Shown here one piece after another: positions 11,761 to 22,765 of a DNA stretch of 34,136 nt; the stretch's first letter is position 1, and each line of letters opens with the position of its first letter. The stretch spans positions 4,004 through 38,139 of the forward strand of contig JAXLNO010001095.1 in the NCBI GenBank assembly GCA_038087875.1, written 5' to 3'. The position numbers were made by a program, and so were the translations under genes. Source of the stretch: Malacoraja senta (Eukaryota). Below the pieces are notes generated by a model that did no database searches, had not been told where the DNA came from, and saw only the letters and a list, made by a program, of their open reading frames with translations.

Positions 11761-12304
11761 GGCTCCGTGGGCTTGGAAAGCCAATTCTTTTCCGTTTCAC
11801 TGCTAAATGATAGTTAATCACCCTCACTAATAGTGACCACAATGGCAGACCCATGACCACGACTGGTTTACAGTGATAATAAGCTAACCTTTGCCTCAGT
11901 TCAAATATGCATGTCGTTGATGTTCAATGACTAAATTGTTGCTGCATTCTTAGTTTTGGCAAGGTACTGATCTGGGTGTTGGAGCTGTTAGACATCTTGA
12001 TACCATGAAAGCAGGACCTCCGTTTCAGGAAATATACTGGCTGAATGGTGTCTCAGACCAGCAATGCCAGGGAACATTGTATTTTGAAGAGGAAATATTA
12101 CACAACCAAGGCCAAGTGCTCGAGAAAGCAGCACGTCTGTTATTTCAATGAAAACTCTGCTCTTCATCCATCTTGACATTTTGATCACCCAGTTTAGTTT
12201 ATAATATTGTATAACATTTACAATCAATTCCCACAGTTTATGACATTTACAGCTGGCGTGAAGATGCATCAGAAGACCTTCTGTCTTCCAATTTAGTTTA
12301 TTTA

Positions 12305-12487
12305 ATAGAAAGATTGAAACATAAAAAAATAGGTGCAGGAATAGGCTATTCGGCCCTTTGAGCCAGCACCGCCATTCAATGCAATCATGGCTGATCATCC
12401 AAAATTAATACTCTGCTCTGGCTTTTCCCCCATATCCCTTGACTCCCTTAGCCCTAAGTGCTAAATCTAACTCTCTCTTGAAAACAG
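12305..12487 (-). mobile_element. CR1 extreme 3' end
   Basis: Same tail as 19645-19800 (aaataggtgcagga..ggccattcggccc...catggctgatcatcc). Confidence 0.75.
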
Positions 12488-12489
12488 TG

Positions 12490-12780
12490 ATACAGTATGT
12501 AAACAGGCCATTTGTGCCGCCAAATCCATACTAACCAGCAATCACCCATTCATAATAGATTTCCCATCCACCCCCTACACTATCAGGATGACTTACCGAG
12601 GATGATTACCTGCACACCTGCTCATCTTTGGGATATGGGAGGAAACCGGAGCTCCCTGAGGAAGCCCACATAGTCACAAGAGAATGTGCAAACTCCACGT
12701 AGACAGTACCCGAGGTCCAGATTGAACCTGGGTCTCTGGCGTTGTGAGAGAGCAGTTCTACCAGCTGCACTACCATGCTG
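12490..12780 (-). mobile_element. tRNA-derived SINE
   Basis: Reverse complement contains ccaggttcaatc (B box) and the tttcctcc core. Confidence 0.6.
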
Positions 12781-13289
12781 CATTACGTACAAACTCTAAA
12801 TCCTACACTGACTATCCCTTCCACTTGTTATATTCAACACAATAACTCCTTTACACAGGGGAAAAGTGAACTGCAGTTCATCACCAGAATATCTCTTACA
12901 ACAGTGTGATCACAGGCAAGAAACCAGTGATATAGATGACTGAATTTACACTAAAACCCTGATCATCCAGCTCTCTTGGGATTTGGGAAATGGTAGATTT
13001 TAAGGACTGCTGCATGTTACTCCAAACATACTTTAATTCGACTAATTTAAGCACTTGTTGAGCAAGTCAGTGGTTGAGGTGCATCTGTACACTACTAACA
13101 GACTTAAGCTGAGGAATACCCATTGTAATTTGCCTGAAGAGTCTCGAACCAGATTGTCACCTATCCATGGTCTCCAGGGATGTTGCCTGACCTGCTGAGT
13201 TACTATAGCACTGTCCCTCACAGTCTTTCCCAATCTTATAAATCAAAAATAGTCAGCATCTTTCTACATCATAAAGAATCATGGAAATA

Positions 13290-13565
13290 TGCAGCATACA
13301 AACATGGCCTTTGTCCCACTGACCTGCACCAACCATTCATGTACACTAATCCTACATTTGTCCCACATTCTCATCAGCTCTCCCCACATTGTATCATGCA
13401 CAATCTAGGGGACAACTAACCTACCAAACAATGTTTTGGGGATGTGGGAGGAAACCAGAGCACCTGGGGAAACGCACATGGTCACAGGAACAACATGCAA
13501 ACTCTACAGATACATCAGCCGATGTCGGTATTTAATTCAGGTCTCTGACTCTGTGCTGCCCTGTT
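13290..13565 (-). mobile_element. tRNA-derived SINE (degenerate)
   Basis: gggaggaaaccagagcacctggggaaacgcacatggtcacagg is the reverse complement of the SINE core. Confidence 0.55.
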
Positions 13566-13671
13566 TCACATTGTAGTCCACCTGTCATGTTGTTGCTCAT
13601 TCATTCGACTTTCCACCTTGAACCATTTTTCCCAACACCACTTAATTTTGAGTCTTCCAGTAACTGTGTCC

Positions 13672-13960
13672 ACGGTGGCACAACGGTAGAGTTGCTGCCT
13701 TACAGTGCTTGCAGCACCGGAGACCCGGGTTCGATCCTGACTACTGATGCTGTCTGTACAGAGTTTGTACGTTCTCCCCGTGACCGCGGGTGTTTTCTCC
13801 AAGATCTAAGGTTTCCTCCCACACTCCAAAGACGTACAGGTATGTATGTTAATTGGCTTGGTGTGCGTGTATAGGATAGTGTTAATGTGCGGGGATCACT
13901 GGTCAGCGCAGACTCGATGGGCCTGTTTCGTCACTGTATCTCTAAATTAAACTAAACAAA
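13672..13960 (+). mobile_element. tRNA-derived SINE (HE1/V-SINE-like), most complete copy
   Basis: A box tggcacaacgg, B box gggttcgatcc, core tttcctcccacactccaaagacgtacagg, tail tctctaaattaaactaaac. Confidence 0.8.
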
Positions 13961-14034
13961 ACTAGTAAATGTTAAACTGCAACCAATCTGCCTCGTAACT
14001 GACTTGGATCATGAACAGTGCAAGCCTCCAACAG

Positions 14035-14340
14035 AGCAGCACAGTGTCACAACTCGTAGAGCAGCTGCCTCATAGCGACACAGACCCGGGTTCAATTTTG
14101 ACATTGAGTGCCATCTATGTGGAGTTTGCACGTTCTCCGTGTAACCGCATTGGATCCCTCCTGGGGCTCCGGCTTCCTCACACATCCCAAGACGTGTCAG
14201 TTTATAGTTTAATTGGCCACTGTAAATTTCCCCTAGTGGGTGGGTGACTGGATGAGAAGGTGCAATGAGATAGAATTCATGAGAACAGGTGGTTGGTGGT
14301 TGGCATGGACATGGTGGGCCGAAAGGACTGCCCCCATCCT
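14035..14340 (+). mobile_element. tRNA-derived SINE
   Basis: gagcagctgcctcatagcg...cccgggttcaatt..., core cttcctcacacatcccaagacg, tail ggtgggccgaaaggac. Confidence 0.65.
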
Positions 14341-14600
14341 GTACTTTTTAATGACTCAATGATATTTCTAGGATTTGGTGCAGTGAATCCATAATGTTTA
14401 ACTTTTTTTTTTCCACTGAATTCACAATTTTCAAATATCTGATCATCAGAAACATTTAACAACAGCACAAAGGCAAGTTGACAGTGGTGACTGTCGAGGC
14501 ATTTCAGGTGTAGCTGCTGCCTTATCCTACTTGAGATCGATCATTTCTTCAAGCCCAATACCTTTACTAGCAACAGTTCATCACAATGTTTCCATCTTAC

Positions 14601-14708
14601 CTCTCCTCTTTTTTCTCCACCAAACAATTACTGCCAAGGCAATAGCCAGCAATATCAGCACACACACGGCAATAAGGCCTATGTGCCTGTCTTTCTTCCC
14701 ATTTCATT
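14601..14708 (-). CDS. Transmembrane exon of the MHC class I-like gene, with an in-frame TGA as its first complete codon
   Basis: Acceptor ccttatttttcag|, donor GAG|gtaaga; 108 nt, phase 1-1; reads (E)*NGKKDRHIGLIAVCVLILLAIALAVIVWWRKKRR (hydrophobic segment plus basic stop-transfer). TGA at 14704-14706. Confidence 0.85.
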
Positions 14709-14769
14709 CTGAAAAATAAGGATGCATAATTTTACAAATCAATTGCTAAGCTGTGCAGCTAAATAGATT

Positions 14770-14895
14770 GGCACTGTCTGAAGACTTCAGGGTGAAGAAG
14801 GGTCTCGACCCGAAATGCCACCTATTCCTTTTCCCCAGAGATGCTACCTGACCGCAGAGTTACTGCAGCATTTTGTGTCTATCTTTGGTGCTTTT
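14770..14895 (+). mobile_element. Penelope terminal-repeat (pLTR) fragment with a mutated hammerhead core
   Basis: gtgaagaagggtctcgacccgaaatgccacc...gatgctacctgaccgcagagttactgcagcattttgtgtcta; same repeat family as 26255-26345. Confidence 0.7.
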
Positions 14896-15274
14896 CAACA
14901 TATATAAATATGTTGTTTTGAATCATGGAGTTCTGCAACATGGCAAAGGGGCAATATCTGTTCTGTACAAATCTATGATCTATGGCACTTAATTCATGAA
15001 AGAAGGCGAATTGAAAGCAAAAAGCTTTAACCCTATATAAACTAACATCTGTTTTGGGAAAAATGCTGGATTCCTTTCAGTAATGGCAGAACATTTGAGT
15101 AATAACAAAACAATAAAGTGCATTAACAGGGCATTAACAGGAAAATTGTAGAAAGAAAGAGATGCAGATACTGATTTACACAAAAGCTTTAGTTTAGTTT
15201 ATTGTCACGAGTACTGAGGTACAGTGAAACGCTTTTGTTTCATGCTAACCAGTCAGTGGAAAGAATATACATGA

Positions 15275-15460
15275 TGCAGGAGTAACTCAGCGGAATAGGC
15301 AACATCTCTGGCGAACATGGACTCAGTCAGAAGGACCGTGACCCGAAACATCATCTATTCCCTTTCTCCTGAGATGCTGCCTGACCAGCTGAGTTATTCC
15401 AGCAATTTGTGTCCATCTTCAGTGTAAACCAGCATTTGCAGTTTCTCCCTACACATGGAC
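15275..15460. repeat. Inverted pair of Penelope pLTR fragments
   Basis: 15279-15308 and 15371-15400 are reverse complements at 24/30 positions. Confidence 0.7.
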
Positions 15461-16339
15461 AGGTGACATTTCGTTTACGGACCCTTCTTCAAACATTGTT
15501 TGAGAAATTGATTAGAATTCTTTGAAAATGCAACAAGAACCCGTAGACAATGTATATTTGAGCAGCAGTAGTTTGCAGGTGTGCACAGCCTAAAATTCAA
15601 AAACAAAATGATGGAAAAGCTGAATAGGTAACAAAATTGGAATGAGAAACAAAAGAAATACAATATATTGTAGAGATCCAAGCGTCGTGAGCAAATCAAT
15701 GTTTTTTTAAGAAATACAGTTTTGGCACACTCACGTTTAGTAAGGACTTGAGCAAAGTTCCTGCCGTTGTTATCGGGCACACCAGTTGACTGGCGATTAA
15801 CTCATCACCAACTCCCACCAAATCCCTGTCACATGATAGTCCCAGCTCCCCTGACGAGGGTTCTAGCAATAAGTGGCTTGACCACCAGATGTCGCCACAA
15901 TATCAAGTGATGCAAAGGCACATGGCTTATGACATTGGGGGTAATAATTAGCATGAATGGGAAAACAATTAAGAGCAAGCAGAGAGTTGTCTTAAAGGCG
16001 TGTTCAGGTTGGGAAACTGCAACTGCAGGATGGGAATCAATGCAAGAAAGTGAACTACTTATCGTTAGTATTAAGAGCAGATGAAGGGACTGGTGGCGCT
16101 GTAGCCTAGATTGCTGATGATACATAGATAGGTTGAAAATTAAGTTCTGGAGTATGTCAACAGTCTTCAGAGTGAAACATCAGATTCCTTAGTTGTGCAT
16201 TGTTCGAGGGAATCTTCAAAAGTGAGCATTTGTGTAGGTTAGTGCAGCATACCTGGAATCAAACTTCTACGATCGCTGTTTGTCAGGCAGTTATATTTTT
16301 CGTTGCTGAATCTGTAACTTGCGTCACAGAACTTACTTC

Positions 16340-17090
16340 ATTAGGTTTAGTTTTATTAATGTCAGATGTTTCAAGATACAGTGCAAAGGTTTGTTTTGTA
16401 TGCTATCCAAACAAATTAGATAATACTATACATAAATAAAAAACTCAAAAACAATAAATAGAGCAAAGAGGAGGATACAGAGTACAGAATATAGTTCTCA
16501 GCATTGTAACACATCAGTTCCATGGACAATGTTCAATGTTCAATGAGGTTGAGGTGAATCGGGCATTAAACCTACATTATGGAAGGACCCTTCCGAAGCC
16601 TGTTAACAGGTGGAAAGGGGGTGTTCCTGAGTCTGGCAGTGCTTATTTTCAACTTTCAGTACCTATTGCTTGATGGGAGCAGGAAGGAGGAATGACCGGG
16701 ATGGGATAAGTCTCGTTTTCCAGGGCAACCTGGTGTAGATTGGGTCAATAGTGGGAAGTCTGGGCTGTGTGATGATCTTTAACTCTTTGTATATTCTTGC
16801 AGTCTTGGGCAGTGCAGTTCCCAAATCAAGATGTGATTCAACCCAACAACATGCTTTCTCTAGCAGCATCTATAGATGTTTGCTGGAGTCACCAGAGACA
16901 TGATGAATATTCTCTGTCTCCGGAGGAAGTAGAGGTGTCGGTGTGCCCCCTTGGCTATGTGGCCAGTCCATGACAGAATATTGGATAAATTCATGCCAAG
17001 GAACATGAAGCTCACAATCATTTCCACTTTGGACCATTGATTCGGATTGGGGCATGTACTCCCCCAGTGCCTTGCTGTTCATCACACCAT
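16340..17090 (-). mobile_element. Rex1/Babar-like (CR1/L2-group) LINE 3' fragment
   Basis: Minus-strand ORF remnants ...IITQPRLPTIDPIYT... and ...ESMVQS...HVPW resemble this group's RT C-terminus; tail tttagttttatt. Confidence 0.55.
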
Positions 17091-17320
17091 GAGGAAAGAT
17101 TCATTATTTATTTAAACATACCTTTCATGGATATCAGTTCCACCACTGAGAATCCCAAATACTCCTTCATTGTATATTAGTTATTTATTTACTTACTTTT
17201 AATAAATTTTCTGTTGACAAAGTCTTCTGCTCATGTGGAGAGTGGGTGCTGATTACGTGATTACTTAGAGCAACACCACTAAACAAAGAAAGTTTAAGCA
17301 TCTTGGAATATGGGATGTAG

Positions 17321-18365
17321 TAGCAATGTCACAAAATTTTGAGATTTTAAAAATCAAGTCTGTAATTTATCCCATCAGATAAAGCATAAAAGGAAGTTTA
17401 ATTTGACACCTAATTCACTTTTATATCTTCAGTATTAAAAAAGTTAGGCAATTTTCATACTCGGAAATTAACATCTTGTTCCCTATTGCTTTTCCATTGA
17501 CTTATCACAAAAGCTGTGATCAAGGACAGTCAAAAGCCCATAACTTTCTTAAAAATTAAGAGAACTTAATGAAATTTTCAGTTATTATAGATTGAAGCAT
17601 TCTGAAACAAATATGAAACAATCTTACTTGGATGACCTGAAATTAAAGCATATAATTAGTTAGTTACCCAATTGTAGTTAATTACAAAATTCAATTACTA
17701 GATCTAAATATCTATCCATTTCTTAAGAAAAAGTTAACATTTTTAAAAAGCCTAAGTGTCCAAATAACATTCACACAAGAATTCACAATATAACATGATT
17801 TTTAAATCTCATTGTCATTAATTTATTGGCCAAATGGAAGGAATTTAGTGTTTAAATCCTGTAAATTAATGGCCATTTAAATCATCTTGCGTGTGGGATT
17901 TTGTGGAACGCGCTGGTTTGGAACGCTGCGGTTGCACTGAATTAAACCCCAATATCGGCAGGAAAAATACTGCCGGTTGGTATATTTAAATAATCACATT
18001 TTCCCAACTTGAAATTTTTATTAAAGGCATCCTAAGAAGCAAGTTTATATGAAAAACTAAATGGTGTACCTTGCCTTGTTCCATGCGTGAAATCCGTCCC
18101 CGTTGTCGGCGTTTACGCCATTTGAAGATGATTTTAATTTTACTCCAACAATTAAATTATAAAGCGCTAATATTAATAAACTTAATAAAACGGCAGTCGA
18201 AGCGATTTTTCTTCATCAACTATTTAGCCTGTTCAAGATCGTTTAGAACAGGCTGCCGAAATATCGCATTTTAAACCCGCCCCCCCTCTCAAAGGCGCCA
18301 AAGTCGCGCACACGGGAAGTGACAGAACTGCAGCACCGCTGAAAGTAAGTTTTGTAACATACCTA
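17321..18365. mobile_element. Non-autonomous TIR DNA transposon (~1045 bp), TAG...CTA termini
   Basis: TIRs TAGCAATGTCACAAAA / TTTTGTAACATACCTA (13/16); flanking direct repeat GATGTAG (17314-17320, 18366-18372), extendable to 8 bp GATGTAGT if the left end is shifted by 1. Confidence 0.8.
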
Positions 18366-18440
18366 GATGTAGTCACAATGATTAAAATGGAAACAACAAA
18401 AGATAATGATTATCTATGAAAGAATATTTAACGTTCTTAC

Positions 18441-18707
18441 CCCAGATGATGGTCTTCCCACCGGGCAGGCTGCTGTGATCGACATGACAGGAATATTGTT
18501 TCCCATCATACGGATCATACTCAAGGACAGACCTTAGATGATATGTTCCATCGTTGTTGGGTATGACCCCAGAAGATTTCGTCTCAGAGACATGTTGACC
18601 ATTCTGCAACCAGCTGACATTGATGGCCGGTGGGTAAAATCCAAACACAGTGCAGTACAGGACTGAATGATCATCAGGGCGGGCAGCGAGAGTGACCTCA
18701 GGGGAAA
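18441..18707 (-). CDS. Ig C1-set exon of an MHC class I-like heavy chain (alpha3-like domain)
   Basis: Acceptor cttgtag|, donor GGG|gtaaga; 267 nt, phase 1-1, open: xSPEVTLAARPDDHSVLYCTVFGFYPPAINVSWLQNGQHVSETKSSGVIPNNDGTYHLRSVLEYDPYDGKQYSCHVDHSSLPGGKTIIW, with C1 hallmarks C-x3-GFYP-x-I-x-V-x-W, PNxDGTY, YSCxVxHSSL and terminal W. Confidence 0.93.
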
Positions 18708-18829
18708 CTACAAGCCAGTAAGATGGTTATTTTCACCTTCAGTAAAACGTGCACAGTCACCCACCACAAAATATTCTTCAGTCTACTACAACCACCAAGT
18801 TACTGCCACATCTGCCCCATTTTGCCTCT

Positions 18830-19215
18830 TTCGTCACCATCAACCAACCACGTGGTTTAAAAGGGATCGTACCCTCCCTGTTAAGACAGTACACAAGAAA
18901 GTTTGGAAGGACGTACCATTAAATTCAGGAACAGCTTCTTCCCCACTGTTATTGGACTACTGAATGATTCTCATGTAAGATAAGATGTTGCCCTGATCTT
19001 CCAACCAATCTCATTGTGATCCTTGCAACTCTTTTTGATCTGCACTTGCTCTGTAACTGTAATGCTATGATATTGTAACCCGATATTCTGCACTCTGAGT
19101 ATTTTTCTCTTTGCTCTGATCTACTTGTGGATGGCTTGATTGCACATGTGTAGTATGATCTGATTGGATAACACAGACAAACTTTTGACTATATCTCAGT
19201 TCACGTGACAATAAT
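18830..19215 (+). mobile_element. Rex1/Babar- or L2-like LINE 3' end
   Basis: gtaccattaaattcaggaacagcttcttcccc...tttcactatatctcagttcacgtgacaataataaac-type tail; the same tail type recurs at ~24120-24250 and ~25170-25345. Confidence 0.5.
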
Positions 19216-19749
19216 AAACTAATACCAATGGCAAATCATTTCACTAGGGCATATTATTGACAATAATAAATAATTGACAAGTTACGAAATGAGGGTCCAT
19301 TGGGGAGGGGACAAGCTTAAAATTGGCAGTATTTTCTCTCCTCTTCAATAAGAGATAAAAGGGACCAGTCATTTGTTTACAAAATCTCTTTTTGCAGAGA
19401 GTGGTCAGTCTCTGGCGCTCTCGACCCCAGAGATTTGTGAAGACAAAATCATTGGAAGTATTTAATGTGGCGGTAGTTAAACTTTTGAAAGATTGGAGAA
19501 TTGAGTGCAATGAGGAACTGGCACCGAACAGGAGTTGATGCCTGAGGAACGTCAGCCATGGTCATATTGAATGATGGGCAGGTTAGAGGACCAAATGGCT
19601 TACTCGGAAACTTGATAACCGAGGAGAAAATCAGGCTTCTGAATAGAAACATAGAAACATAGAAAAATAGAAAATAGGTGCAGGAGTAGGCCATTCGGCC
19701 CTTCGAGCCTGCACTGCCATTCGATATGATCATGGCTGATCATCCAACT

Positions 19750-22700
19750 CAGTATCCTGTACCTGCTTTCTCTCCATACCGCCTGATCCCTATAGCCACA
19801 AGGGCCACATCTAACTCCCTCTTAAATATAGCCAATGAACTGGCCTCAACTACCTTCTGTGGCAGAGAATTCCAGAGATTCACCACTCTCTGTGTGAAAA
19901 ATGTTTTCCTCATCTCGGTCCTAAAAGATTTCCCCCTTATTCTTAAACTGTGACCCCTTGTTCTGGACTTCCCCAACATCGGGAACAATTTCCTGCATCT
20001 AGCCTGTCCAACCCCTTAAGAATTCTGTACGTTTCTATAAGATCCCCCCTCAATCTTCTAAATTCTAGCGAGTACAAACCGAGTCTATCCAGTCTTTCTT
20101 CATATGAAAGTCCTGACATCCCAGGAATCAGTCTGGTGAACCTTCTCTATACTCCCTCTATGGCAAGAATGTCTTTCCTCAGATTAGGAGACCAAAACTG
20201 TACGCAATACTACAGGTGTGGTCTCACCAAGACCCTGTACAACTGCAGTAGAACATCCCTGCTCCTATACTCAAATCCTTTTGCTATGAATGCTAACATA
20301 CCATTCGCCTTCTTCACTGCCTGCTGCACCTGCATGCCTACTTTTAATGACTGGTGTACCATGACACCCAGGTCTCGTTGTATCTCCCCTTTTCCTAATC
20401 AGCCACCATTCAGATAATAGTCTACTTTCCTGTTTTTTGCCACCAAAGTGGATAACCTCACATTTATCCACATTATACTGCATCTGCCATGCATTTGTCC
20501 ACTCACGCAGCCTATCCAAGTCACCTTGCAGCCTCCGAGCATCCTCCTCACAGCTAACACTGCCCCCCAGCTTCGTGTCATCCGCAAACTTGGAGATGAT
20601 GCATTCAATTCCCTCGTCCAAATCATTAATATATATCGTAAATAGCTGGGGTCCTAGCACTGAGCCTTGCGGTACTCCACTAGTCACTGCCTGCCATTGT
20701 GAAAAGGACCCGTTTACTCCTACTCTTTGCTTCCTGTCTGCCAGCCAGTTCTCTATCCACATCAATACTGAACACCCAATACCGTGTGCTTTAAGTTTGT
20801 ATACTAATCTCTTATGTGGGACCTTGTCAAAATCCTTCTGAAAGTCCAGATATAACACATCCACTGGTTCTCCCTTATCCACTCTACTATTTACATCTTC
20901 GAAAAATTCTATAAGATTCGTCAGACATGATTTACCTTTCATAAATCCATGCTGACTTTGTCCAATGATTTCACCACTTTCCAAATGTGCTGCTATCCCA
21001 TCTTTAATAACTGATTCTAGCAGTTTCCCCACTACCGACGTTAGACTAACTGGTCTGTAATTCCCCGTTTTCTCTCTCCCACCCTTTTTAAAAAGTGGGG
21101 TTACATTATCTACCCTCCAATCCTCAGGAACTACTCCAGAATCTAAAGCGTTTTGAAAAATTATCACTAATGCATTCACTACTTCTGGGGCTACTTCCTT
21201 AAGTACTCTGGTATGCAGCCTATCTGGCCCTGGGGATTTATCGGCCTTTAATCCATTCAATTTACCTAACACCACTTCCCGGCTAACCTGGATTTCACTC
21301 AGTTCCTCCATCTCATTTGACCCCCGGTCCCCTGCTATTTCCGGCAGATTATTTATGTCTTCCTTAGTGAAGACAGAACCAAAGTAGTTATCAATTGGTC
21401 TGCCATGTCCTTGTTCTCCATGATCAATTCACCTGTTTCTGACTGCAAGGGACCTACACTTGTTTTAACTAATCTTTTTCTTTTCACATATCTATAAAAG
21501 CTTTTGCAGTCAGTTTTTATGTTCCCTGCCAGTTTTCTTTCATAATCTATCTTCCCTTTCCTAATTAAGCTCTTTGTCCTCCTCTGATGGACTCTGAATT
21601 TCTCCCAGTCCTCTGGTAGGCTGCTTTTTCTGGCTAATTTGTACGCTTCATCTTTTGTTTTGATACTATCCCTGATTTCCCTTGTTATCCATGGATGCAC
21701 TACCTTCCCTGATTTATTTGTTTGCCAAACTGGGATGAACAATTGTTGTAGTTCATCCATGCATTCTTTAAATGCCTTCCATTGCATATCTACCGTCAAC
21801 CCATTAAGAATCAATTGCCAGTCTATCTTGGCCAATTCACTTCTCATACCCTCAAAGTTACCTTTCTTTAAGTTCAGGACCCTTGTTTCTGAATTAACAA
21901 TGTCACTCTCCATCCTAATGAAGAACTCAACCATATTATGGTCACTCTTGCCCAAGGGGCCACGCACAACAAGACTGCTAACTAACCCTTCCTCATTACT
22001 CAATACCCAATCTAGAATAGCCTGCTCTCTCGTTGGTTCCTCTACATGTTGGTTTAGAAAACTATCCCGCATACATTCCAAGAAATCCTCTTCCTCAGCA
22101 CCCTTGCCAATTTGATTCACCCAATCTATATGTAGATTGAAGTCACCCATTATAACTGTTTTACCTTTGTTGCACGCATTTCTAATTTCCTGTTTGATGC
22201 CATCCCCAAGTCCACTACTACTGTTAGGTGGCCTGTACACAACTCCCACTAGCGTTTTCTGCACCTTAGTGTTTTGCAGCTCTACCCATATCGATTCCAC
22301 ATCCTCCAAGCTAATGTCCTTCCTTTCTATTGCGTTAATCTGCTCTCTAACCAGCAACGCTACCCCACCTCCTTTCCCTTTCTGTCTATCCCTCCTGAAT
22401 ATTGAATATCCCTGGATGTTCAGCTCCCAGCCTTGGTTACCCTGGAACCATGTCTCCGTGATCCCAACTATATCATAGTCATTAATAGCTATCAGCACAT
22501 TCAACTCACCCACCTTATTACGAATGCTCCTTGCATTGAGACACAAAGCATTCAGGCTTGTTTTTACAACACTCTTACCCCTTATACAATTATGTTGAAA
22601 AGTGGCCCTTTTTGATTTTTGCCCTGGATTTGTCTGCCTGCCACTTTTACTTTTCACCTTGCTACCTATTGCTTCTACCCTCATTTTACACCCCTCAGTC

Positions 22701-22765
22701 TCTACGCTCACACATTTAAGAAACCTTTTCCCTTTAACTCCATCCTCAACTATCCCATTCGACAC
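19750..22765 (-). pseudogene. CR1 ORF2 (AP endonuclease + reverse transcriptase), frameshifted
   Basis: LCLNARSIRNK, GITETW, GDFN, GKSDH (APE); NYRPVSLTSVVGKLLE, QHGF, YLDFQK, SGVPQGSVLGPQLF, KFADD (RT); frameshifts near 21330 and 20280. Confidence 0.92.

Noticed and set aside
14400-14440. Possible short tail exon (D-I-stop) just downstream of the TM exon
   Set aside because: Weak acceptor and no nearby poly(A) signal; the 4190-4230 candidate is much stronger. Not fully excluded without cDNA.
14704-14706. TGA as selenocysteine or programmed readthrough
   Set aside because: No SECIS-like hairpin noticed, the following base (A) is not the favoured readthrough context, and I know no precedent in MHC proteins.
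15490-15590. Polypyrimidine tract and AG on the minus strand that could open an exon
   Set aside because: No matching donor and no meaningful peptide in any phase.
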